The position numbers were made by a program, and so were the translations under genes. Below the pieces are notes generated by a model, which was not told where the DNA came from, ran no database searches, and was given only the letters and a program-made list of their open reading frames with translations. Shown here piece after piece: positions 26,957-37,240 of a stretch of 64,000 nt of DNA. This DNA is from Nitrospinota bacterium (GTDB taxonomy: Bacteria; Nitrospinota; Nitrospinia; Nitrospinales; VA-1): positions 60,088 through 124,087 of the forward strand of contig JAYNIA010000003.1 in NCBI GenBank assembly GCA_038108555.1, read 5' to 3'. Within the stretch, counting starts at the first letter, position 1. The number at the start of each line of letters is the position of its first letter.

Positions 26957-27643
26957 TTATGAGGCTTTTACTGTACTCAATAACTGGTGAAGGGAGGCCC
27001 TTAAAACTTCAATTTCCCTGGAGTTTTCGGCTTCAACAAAGTGGGGTTTTCCCGGCCCATTTTTGCTGTTAACAAGAAGGGATTTTAAGTTGTGGATAGC
27101 TAATTCTGTTTGTTTGTGATCCATTCCAACCGCATTTTTCAAAAACTGGCCGATCATTTCTTTTTTCCCTTTGACACTGATAACCCCTGCGTGTCGATTC
27201 ATGGGAAAAGTAACAACGCTATATTCGAGAAGTTGGATCTCTTTTAATCGGCGGACTTCAGGACGGTGGTGATCCGCCTCTTCTTTGATTACGCGAAAGC
27301 CAATAGACAACCCCGTTTTCCCGCCAATATTTTGAGCCATTTTCATGAGACTATGGCGTTCCCTAGCTGCGGTCACATTAAGGTCAAGTAAACCTCTAAC
27401 AAATAAACCGCGGTCATCCTCATAGGCTTCTACGTTCCAACCAATCTGGCGGGTGGGATCGTGGTGGTCGAGAATAGGGAATCGGCCCTTATTCTCTGTC
27501 AGTGTTTTTTTATAAGCGCCTTTTTCCACCACGTCGCCACCCAGATCAATAGATCCAAAGGTAGAGGCATACCCACAAAACTCACCAGAATCATTTATTG
27601 CATCCATTTTGAATGGAAACGATTTAAACTCTTTCATAGTCAC
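26957..27643 (-). CDS. prohead serine protease, HK97 family
   Basis: FCGYASTFGSIDLGGDVVEKGAYKKTL...ILDHHD pattern. Confidence 0.85.
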   Translation of the reverse strand: MTMKEFKSFPFKMDAINDSGEFCGYASTFGSIDLGGDVVEKGAYKKTLTENKGRFPILDHHDPTRQIGWNVEAYEDDRGLFVRGLLDLNVTAARERHSLMKMAQNIGGKTGLSIGFRVIKEEADHHRPEVRRLKEIQLLEYSVVTFPMNRHAGVISVKGKKEMIGQFLKNAVGMDHKQTELAIHNLKSLLVNSKNGPGKPHFVEAENSREIEVLRASLHQLLSTVKAS

Positions 27644-27648
27644 CTTCT

Positions 27649-28833
27649 TTAAATAGAAAAGTTTTGCAAACGGGGAACCAATTTATCCCCTCCAGGCACA
27701 TCATCGAATCCGACCATCCGGCGTTTTTCATTCAAAGTTAAAAAATCACTTTGATTCACACGATTCCATAAAGCCTCCTGGTCTTCAGACAAGGCTTCAA
27801 TACCATCTTTATTGAAATCCAAGAAAAGGTCTTTACCGAATCGGGGAACCAGCCAATTGTTAAGCGCATCGCGTAATCGATTCAAGAAAGGACAAACGAC
27901 TTCTGTGTACAAAGCTTTCCGTGCTTCTTTACGGTTTTGATAAGTTGCCGGGCCCAAACCTATCAACTCGGGAGGTACGTTATAAACCTGAGCAACCTGC
28001 AGGGCGCTCATTTTTAATCCTTCAATCCAATCCATATCTTTTGGAGAGATACCCAACTCTTTCCATTCCAGATCCTGTTCCAATAACAAAGGGTCCCTGG
28101 CGTTATTCACTCCTTGTATCTGCCGACGCATTTCTGATTTCAATCGTTCAAACTGTTCATCGGTCAACCGTTGCTTGCAGGTCAAAGCCCCGGAGGGAAC
28201 CGCCGCATTTTGTAGTAGCGACGCATTCCATTTGTCACCATTGTTTAATTTATCAATGGCTAAAGCTGCTACCTGTATTGGTGATAAACCATACCAATCG
28301 TCCAAAGGATGAAACAATTTGAGATGAAGAATCCGTTCCGGCGAAAATTTTACCTTCCGTCCGGATACCGTATACTCGTACCCACCTACAAAATGTATGG
28401 GATCAGGAATCACCCTCATTCGATCTGGACGCAAGGTATATAGTTCTTTGGGAGGGCTATTATGAGGTCCGATACATTCCAGATAAGCGTTGCCGGACAA
28501 ATAGAAAAAGCTGGCAACCGATTCCACCCATTCAAATTTTCCCTGCAATGGATTAGGCCTTTCCATTAGATCTAGAATAGGATGCTGCAAAACTTCCCGG
28601 CGTTCGCCATTAGGCAAATTACGAAATAGCAACCAAGGAACACCCGCAACAGCTGAGGAAATTTCTTTCACACAAGAAAATAGAACACTATTTTGTGTGA
28701 ACCCTTCTTTGGCTAAAATTTCGTAATCCGTCTTGGGGGAAACTCCGTGTCCTCCAGGCAACCACAACGTCATGGCGCGGGTGGCGGTACTACCTTTTTT
28801 TCTGATTCTTTTGAACCAATCTATTAATTTCAT
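27649..28833 (-). CDS. portal protein, HK97 family
   Basis: 394 aa. Position and overall pattern. Confidence 0.85.
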   Translation of the reverse strand: MKLIDWFKRIRKKGSTATRAMTLWLPGGHGVSPKTDYEILAKEGFTQNSVLFSCVKEISSAVAGVPWLLFRNLPNGERREVLQHPILDLMERPNPLQGKFEWVESVASFFYLSGNAYLECIGPHNSPPKELYTLRPDRMRVIPDPIHFVGGYEYTVSGRKVKFSPERILHLKLFHPLDDWYGLSPIQVAALAIDKLNNGDKWNASLLQNAAVPSGALTCKQRLTDEQFERLKSEMRRQIQGVNNARDPLLLEQDLEWKELGISPKDMDWIEGLKMSALQVAQVYNVPPELIGLGPATYQNRKEARKALYTEVVCPFLNRLRDALNNWLVPRFGKDLFLDFNKDGIEALSEDQEALWNRVNQSDFLTLNEKRRMVGFDDVPGGDKLVPRLQNFSI

Positions 28834-28882
28834 AATTTTAAAAAACTAATATGGGAGAAAGAAAAACAAAAAAATATCCTTC

Positions 28883-29668
28883 TTAAATAACAGCAGCTAT
28901 ACCGGTTGGATTTGCAAACGATGAGCTGGTGTATTTTGTGTTGGGAAATTTATGTTGAGGACGCCCTTCTCTATCAATTAAAACAATCCAATCTTCTGGC
29001 TGATAGTAGGTGACCCAATAAAACCCGTTCGAGGGATCATAGGTAATCCCTTGCAACGAAGTAGGAACTGGATCCAGCTTTTCCAGGGTAACCGAATGGA
29101 TAAAATTCATACCCAGATCAAAAACAAACAGGGAGTTAAAAAAATTATCGGTAATGATAATTCGTTGAAGTACCGGATCGATACACAAATCCTGAGGGCT
29201 GGCCAATCCTGATGTTGATAGATCAAAAGTCTGGATCAAACTGCCATTTCTTTGGAGATGATAAAGGTTGAAGGATGTGAGTCCGTCCGATATTAGCCAA
29301 AGAGTAAAATCCCATGGATCAATGCAAATACCTTCAATTTGAGTTGCGGAAGGGTCGAATTGATCAATCCCAAAAGAACTTATGGGAGAACCATTTTGGG
29401 AATCAATATTCCAAACACGAATATCGGTCGATGTTCCGCTGCTATTATTTTCGGTAGAAACCCATAGAGAATTATCCGAAGGGTCCAATGCCAATCCATC
29501 AGGAGGTGGATTGACAGGAGAAAAAACGCTGGAGGGGATAGAGTTTCCTATTTCATTTCCCCATTTATCGACCTTAAAAATCTTTCTTGCATCGCTTGAA
29601 ATTATTAAGGATCCGTTTAAAAATCTATTATTTGATACAATGGGTGACAGGCTTGAAGATTTAATCAT
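28883..29668 (-). CDS. NHL/SMP-30-like beta-propeller repeat protein inserted between terminase and portal
   Basis: About five or six repeats of the G(L/I).(L/I/Y)DP......W/I type (GLALDPSDNSLWV, GICIDPWDFTLWL, DLCIDPVLQRIII, GITYDPSNGFYWV). The ATG overlaps the upstream stop (TAATG). Confidence 0.6.
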   Translation of the reverse strand: MIKSSSLSPIVSNNRFLNGSLIISSDARKIFKVDKWGNEIGNSIPSSVFSPVNPPPDGLALDPSDNSLWVSTENNSSGTSTDIRVWNIDSQNGSPISSFGIDQFDPSATQIEGICIDPWDFTLWLISDGLTSFNLYHLQRNGSLIQTFDLSTSGLASPQDLCIDPVLQRIIITDNFFNSLFVFDLGMNFIHSVTLEKLDPVPTSLQGITYDPSNGFYWVTYYQPEDWIVLIDREGRPQHKFPNTKYTSSSFANPTGIAAVI

Positions 29669-29964
29669 TACTCACCTGCCAAATAATCGCCCGCAGATGA
29701 CCCCGCTGAATTGGTACCCACTCGCACCCAAAAACCTTTTGCTTCAAACCCAACGGGACAATTTTTAAAAATTACAATTTCTCCCTCAACATTCTGCACT
29801 TCAAGATCACCTGCAACTCCACAATAAATAACGCGACAAACCCTGGAAAGAGGGTTTACTGCATGTGGCGTTACTGTTTCCCAATGCACAGGTGGACTTT
29901 CCAATCCCTGCTGGGAATATTTATCTTTCCAACGGCTGGACGCTAACAATATGTCTTGGGGCAT
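29668..29964 (-). CDS. 98-aa protein, possibly head-spike-base-like (RcGTA rcc01079-type). Tentative.
   Basis: GLESPPVHWETVTP....L....RVIYCGVAGDLEVQNVEGEIVIFKNCPVG matches my recollection of the spike-base family consensus (gl.sP....itP.d..L....al.vG.aGdl.v....G..v.f.nv.aG). Not verified. Confidence 0.35.
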   Translation of the reverse strand: MPQDILLASSRWKDKYSQQGLESPPVHWETVTPHAVNPLSRVCRVIYCGVAGDLEVQNVEGEIVIFKNCPVGFEAKGFWVRVGTNSAGSSAGDYLAGE

Positions 29965-29992
29965 ATTATCTTCCTTTCATATCCGGAAATTT

Positions 29993-31585
29993 TCAGGTTA
30001 ATCTTCTAATTCGTGGACCAGACAACCCTGAGTTAATCAAATTAAAAAACATTTCCAGAGCATCGGGTCCGTCATCGTGATTGGCTTTGGGGAAATATTT
30101 CAATTGATCCAACAACAAGGTCTGGTTTTTTCGAAATCGAATCAATCCATTTTTAATATGAGGTTGCAATTTTGAAATCCTCAAAATTTTATCGTTAATG
30201 GGTCTCACCCCTTCGACTGGAGGATAAATTTTCCTTCGTGCTCCTTCTTTAATTACCTGATCTTTAAACAATTGTTGAAACTGTACTTCCTCAATGGCGA
30301 TTTTTTCAAAGTGATACTTTTTTTGATATTCGAACAGGGTTTCCATTATTGAATCAGGATGGCGTTTTTCAATATCAGCTTGAATAATATCGATGATGCC
30401 ATCGGGGTTTACACAACCTACTAATATTGCAGATGGGTCTGCTTTTTTAGATGCTGACCCCATGGAAGGATCAACCGCGCAGTAGAAATGACTGTTTTTG
30501 TCTAAAAAAATTGGTTCCGGAATAAACCGAAACCATTCTTCCTGAAAAAGACAATCATCAGGGTTAACCGGTTCATTTTGCTTCTCTGAATCAAAATAGG
30601 CAGGTCCATCGGAAACTCGCATCGTCATCAAAAAGTAATACGATTCTGCTTCGGGCCAGAGAACTTTTGTTCCCTCTAACATTTCGATTTTATGTTTATC
30701 AAAAAACCTTTTTGCTCTGTTCTCCGCATCAACAACTCTGGAAGTAAAAAGTGATTCCCATTTTTCCCAAAGTTTTGAAGAAGACCATTTGATTACAGCT
30801 TTCCACTTTTTACCATGCCAACCCGGCCTGACTAATAATCTTGAAAGTAAAGAGTCGTAATGAAGAATTGTTCCCACCACTATGAAAACGGTAGAGCGAC
30901 CTCCAATTTTCATTAGGGCTTTAAAAAACCATTTACGATCTTTTTCACGTTGGTCAGGGGAATCAATATTTTCATCATCTTCCAGGTCATCGCAAATAAC
31001 AAGATCAGGTCTCCGGTTTCCATGGCGTGCGCCTCGAAACCGTTTTCTTTTTCCACAACTGCGAACAGCTACTCCATTTTTCGTAACAATTTTTGTGGCC
31101 TTCCAAGTTCTACCCGAACCACAAACCTCTGGGAAGTCCTCTATCAACCTTTCATTCGCTTCAAGTTCAACTTTAATCTGCTCCAGAAGCTCTTCTGATT
31201 GGTCGGAGGTATCAGAAACTAAAACAATAAATTTTTTTCTTAATCCGACAATGCACCAAAGGGGTAAGATTAAAGAAGAGAGTGTTGATTTAGCATTGCC
31301 GCGGGGAGCGGCCAAAGCTTCTTTACTTCCTTTGCCGGAAACTTGCGATTCAATTATTAGCTGGCCAAATCGTTTGAACATTTCCTCATGCATTTGGGAG
31401 CATTTTTCGGTCAGGTGATGCGGGAAATAATGTCTGGCAAAAAACTTCAAGTCTTTTAGAGCTTTTTCTTTGTGTTTTTCTTTTTGTTTATGGCTCCTTT
31501 TATTGAAGGGTTTGAGCTTTTCTTTAATTTTATTTCCTGTTGCCTCTTTTGGCCTTTTGCTTCTAATTCCTGGTAATCCCACCAT
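29993..31585 (-). CDS. terL: terminase large subunit
   Basis: Walker A-like AAPRGNAKST, Walker B LVICDDLEDDE, and C-terminal nuclease motif HDDGPDALE. The start is uncertain, either the ATG at 31585 or the TTG at 31450. Confidence 0.85.
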   Translation of the reverse strand: MVGLPGIRSKRPKEATGNKIKEKLKPFNKRSHKQKEKHKEKALKDLKFFARHYFPHHLTEKCSQMHEEMFKRFGQLIIESQVSGKGSKEALAAPRGNAKSTLSSLILPLWCIVGLRKKFIVLVSDTSDQSEELLEQIKVELEANERLIEDFPEVCGSGRTWKATKIVTKNGVAVRSCGKRKRFRGARHGNRRPDLVICDDLEDDENIDSPDQREKDRKWFFKALMKIGGRSTVFIVVGTILHYDSLLSRLLVRPGWHGKKWKAVIKWSSSKLWEKWESLFTSRVVDAENRAKRFFDKHKIEMLEGTKVLWPEAESYYFLMTMRVSDGPAYFDSEKQNEPVNPDDCLFQEEWFRFIPEPIFLDKNSHFYCAVDPSMGSASKKADPSAILVGCVNPDGIIDIIQADIEKRHPDSIMETLFEYQKKYHFEKIAIEEVQFQQLFKDQVIKEGARRKIYPPVEGVRPINDKILRISKLQPHIKNGLIRFRKNQTLLLDQLKYFPKANHDDGPDALEMFFNLINSGLSGPRIRRLT

Positions 31586-31914
31586 TGCTGGATAACTTTT
31601 TCTTCAATTTTTTCGACGTGATCCCCTATTAAGTGAGCTGCTGAAACTTCTTTGTTTTCAGCTAAATAAACCGCAACTGTTTGAAGAGTTTCTGAAAGCA
31701 GTTGCATGGGGTCTATCTTCCCGGTTTGGATTTTAAGTTTGAGTAAATCCTGGATTTTTCCAATATATGCACAATAAACACGGTGGTTTTTCAAATCGTC
31801 AGGTGATTTTTTAATCAGTTTCTGAACTACCTTTTTATTTTCCTCCAACTCATTTATCAGCCTTGATAAATCCGATAATTCACCATTTAAAACTTTAAGC
31901 GATCTTGTTGTCAC
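31456..31914 (-). CDS. putative terminase small subunit (by position only)
   Basis: 152 aa, helical, with a Lys-rich tail. Overlaps the annotated terL ORF by 130 nt. Confidence 0.3.
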   Translation of the reverse strand: MTTRSLKVLNGELSDLSRLINELEENKKVVQKLIKKSPDDLKNHRVYCAYIGKIQDLLKLKIQTGKIDPMQLLSETLQTVAVYLAENKEVSAAHLIGDHVEKIEEKVIQQWWDYQELEAKGQKRQQEIKLKKSSNPSIKGAINKKKNTKKKL

Positions 31915-32260
31915 TTACATTCAAGGCTCCTACAATTTGATTTACCGATTTATTTAGTTCATTAAGCTGTTTAAAAATCCTTGAAATAAGTCCCTCCGTT
32001 TTACCCACGGCAATATAAAAAGCTTTTTTTTCTACATATTGCTCAAAGTTGTATTTTTGATCGCTTTGCCTGGTTTTTTCCAATTCACGAAGGAGGTTTT
32101 CCATTTCTTCCAGATTTTGTTTTAGATCATTCAACCTTCTATTATTTTCTCCAATCATCCAGCGAACAAACCATCCAAGGGTTCCCAAAGTAAATAATGC
32201 GAAAAAGGTCAACCAGGGGGTTAAAGTTCTAAATAGCTCCAGGGACATATGGAATCTCAA
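31895..32260 (-). CDS. membrane-anchored coiled-coil protein (i-spanin-like architecture)
   Basis: N-terminal TM LTPWLTFFALFTLGTLGWFVRWMI, followed by a coiled-coil (NDLKQNLEEMENLLRELEKTRQ). Confidence 0.4.
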   Translation of the reverse strand: MRFHMSLELFRTLTPWLTFFALFTLGTLGWFVRWMIGENNRRLNDLKQNLEEMENLLRELEKTRQSDQKYNFEQYVEKKAFYIAVGKTEGLISRIFKQLNELNKSVNQIVGALNVSDNKIA

Positions 32261-32292
32261 AAAACGGAGTGTTATTAATAGATTTTTTTCAA

Positions 32293-32526
32293 TTAGGAGT
32301 GAGGAAAATTTACTTTTTTCACGACCTCATGGATTACCTCTTCCTGATTATTTTTTATAGCAGCCCTTAAAGTTGAAAGCCCCACTGCCTCCAAAACCCA
32401 TGTCATCGAGTCACTGGATACAAACTCATGAAGGGAAATATTACCGGTGGAAAAATTTAAAAATGATATGAAAAGCATCAAAACTGAAGTGAGATAAGTC
32501 TTTCTTCCCTTTAACCAGTCCATCAT
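32293..32526 (-). CDS. small membrane protein, holin-like
   Basis: 77 aa. KGRKTYLTSVLMLFISFLNF TM segment plus a second amphipathic segment. First gene of the operon. Confidence 0.4.
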   Translation of the reverse strand: MMDWLKGRKTYLTSVLMLFISFLNFSTGNISLHEFVSSDSMTWVLEAVGLSTLRAAIKNNQEEVIHEVVKKVNFPHS

Positions 32527-32559
32527 AAACTCTTTTATTGAATTGTTATTTTGAAAGGT

Positions 32560-32580
32560 GGGCCGGGAATCTCCCGGCCC
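32560..32580. other. perfect 9-bp stem hairpin GGGCCGGGA-atc-TCCCGGCCC at the element/dnaA boundary
   Basis: Read directly. Followed by ATTTTA on the plus strand. Lies 34 nt beyond the first gene of the phage-like operon. Confidence 0.5.
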
Positions 32581-32981
32581 ATTTTAGGTAGGAAACAATC
32601 CTTTGCACAAAGTATTGGGGAGATAAATAGAATTTTTGGGCATTTTTTAATTTTGAGTAAATTTACAATTTATAAATCCTTTAAAAAAAGAATGCCAACC
32701 TCTCCTCTCACTATATGTAATTCAAAGGAAGGTAATAAATTCCTAAACTATTGGAAAAAGAAGGTTTTTTTTCAGTAAAAATGAAGCATTGAAAATTCAA
32801 AGTGACTGGAAGGAAAATTAAAAATTTAACGAAAAATTTTTTGGGTCTAAAAACTTTTGTTAATACATGAGTTGAGTCGATAGATCTTTTTTACAATTTT
32901 TTCATGTTGCTTTTACAATTGTCATTCTATATATTGACGCCTCAATTCCCCCTACAAACGATTTTAATTGCTCCGGTTTTT

Positions 32982-34352
32982 ATGGAACCCAAAGAAACTA
33001 TTTGGAAAAAATGTCTCGAAAAAATTGAGGAAAGCATCCTTCCTGATAGTTTCGCAACCTGGTTTTCATCCACGTATCCCCGGAATATGGATGACGGGTT
33101 AATAACCATCGCTGTTCCCAACCAGTTTTACAGAAAATGTTTAATTGAGAACTACCGGGAATTAATAGAGGACACTCTAAAAAATGTATCGGAACAACCC
33201 CTCTTGGTGGACTTTTGTGTTGAATCGGAAAAAGTAGCCCAAACAGAACCACAAAAACATACCGCAGTCGCTGTTGAGGAACCGGAACCTCGGGGCACTT
33301 CAATTAAAACAGAGTCTTGTACTAAAACACTCAGCCCTAAGTATAGTTTTTCCAACTTTATCGTGGGTTCGAGCAATCAATTTGCCCATGCGGCAGCTTT
33401 GGCTGTGGCTAATAATCCAACCTTGGCCTACAATCCCCTTTTTATTTATGGCGCTGTGGGTTTGGGAAAGACCCATCTCTTACATGCAATAGGTAATCAA
33501 ATTTGTGAAAACAACCCGGGATCAAGAGTTCGTTACATTTCTGCCGAAAGTTTCACTGTCGATTTGATTGAATCAATCAAAAAAGACAAAATGCCATTTT
33601 TCAGAGAGCGTTATAGGCCCTTGGATATTCTGCTGGTAGACGACATTCAATTCATTGCCGGTAAGGAAAGGACACAAGAAGAGTTTTTCTACACTTTCAA
33701 TGCTCTTTACGAATCACACAAACAGGTTGTAATTTCGAGTGATAGATATCCTAAAGATATTCACAATATGGAAGAAAGGCTGCGTTCCCGGTTTGAATCC
33801 GGTTTAATTGCCGATATCAATCCTCCGGACTTGGAAACCAAGGTTGCTATTCTCTACAAAAAAGCGGAGCTCCATAAAAAACACATTCCACAAGACGTTG
33901 CTATCTTTATAGCAAGCAACATAAAATCAAATATCCGGGAGCTGGAAGGGTTCCTTTTAAGGATTATCGCTTACTCGTCTTTCACTCACCGGGAATTGGA
34001 TTTGGAGTTGACTAAAGAGGTTTTGAAAGATTTTACGTTTGATAAAACAAGGAATTTTACCATCCAAAATATCCTCAAAACAGTGGCGTCCTACTACGAC
34101 ATAAAAGTGTCCGATATTAAGTCAAAAAGGAGAACCCGGGAGATTTCAAACACCCGCCAAATAGCGATGTATTTGTGCCGGGAACACACAAAATCTTCCT
34201 TGCCGGAAATTGGTAAACAGTTCGGAGGTAAGGATCACACAACGGTAATTTTCTCCCACAAAAAGATATCAAATAGTATCAAAGAAAACAATGATTTACA
34301 GAGCTCCATTCGCGAGATTTTAAACCTGATAGAAAATGGAAAACCTGTATAA
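32982..34352 (+). CDS. dnaA: chromosomal replication initiator DnaA
   Basis: Start trimmed to MEPKETIWKKCLEKIE. Walker A GAVGLGKTHLLHAIG, LLVDDIQF, and the C-terminal DnaA signature GGKDHTTVIFSHKKI. Confidence 0.95.
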   Translation: MEPKETIWKKCLEKIEESILPDSFATWFSSTYPRNMDDGLITIAVPNQFYRKCLIENYRELIEDTLKNVSEQPLLVDFCVESEKVAQTEPQKHTAVAVEEPEPRGTSIKTESCTKTLSPKYSFSNFIVGSSNQFAHAAALAVANNPTLAYNPLFIYGAVGLGKTHLLHAIGNQICENNPGSRVRYISAESFTVDLIESIKKDKMPFFRERYRPLDILLVDDIQFIAGKERTQEEFFYTFNALYESHKQVVISSDRYPKDIHNMEERLRSRFESGLIADINPPDLETKVAILYKKAELHKKHIPQDVAIFIASNIKSNIRELEGFLLRIIAYSSFTHRELDLELTKEVLKDFTFDKTRNFTIQNILKTVASYYDIKVSDIKSKRRTREISNTRQIAMYLCREHTKSSLPEIGKQFGGKDHTTVIFSHKKISNSIKENNDLQSSIREILNLIENGKPV

Positions 34353-34498
34353 AACATGTCAAAAACAGGTTAAAAAAACACCCAAAATAGGGTATAATTC
34401 AGGCAGTAAAAGTTTCCCCCACCTTTGCTAAAAATGCGGCATTTTTACTAACAACTTCTTCTTTAAAATCTACCTTTTAAGTTGGGAACTTAGAGCGT

Positions 34499-37186
<2,688 letters not shown>

Positions 37187-37240
37187 TTTTTTGTCCAAAC
37201 ATTGTTTCTAAAAATATTTTTTCCCAAGAAAGGCTAAAGA

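Larger units (their letters stand above)
14055..32526 (-). mobile_element. HK97-type siphovirus-like head-tail gene cluster with repressor module. It is a defective prophage or a GTA-like element. No integrase, replication or endolysin gene recognised.
   Basis: One contiguous minus-strand operon runs from 32526 to 16518. Its order is membrane proteins, TerS?, TerL, two inserted genes, portal, protease, capsid, connector, gp10-like, tail genes and a 964-aa tail protein. A divergent CI/LexA-type repressor sits at 15124. Confidence 0.8.

Noticed and set aside
30882-31418. 178-aa ORF antisense to terL
   Set aside because: It is a shadow ORF inside a gene with clear terminase motifs. Its sequence is Ser/Arg/Phe-rich and low-complexity.
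32904-32981. N-terminal extension of the dnaA ORF (MLLLQLSFYILTPQ...)
   Set aside because: It is a hydrophobic, non-conserved peptide read from the promoter region. The DnaA domain I pattern starts at MEPKETIWKKCLEKIE.
34425-34433. TTTCCCCCA as an additional DnaA box
   Set aside because: It has three mismatches to TTATCCACA, which is too weak to count.
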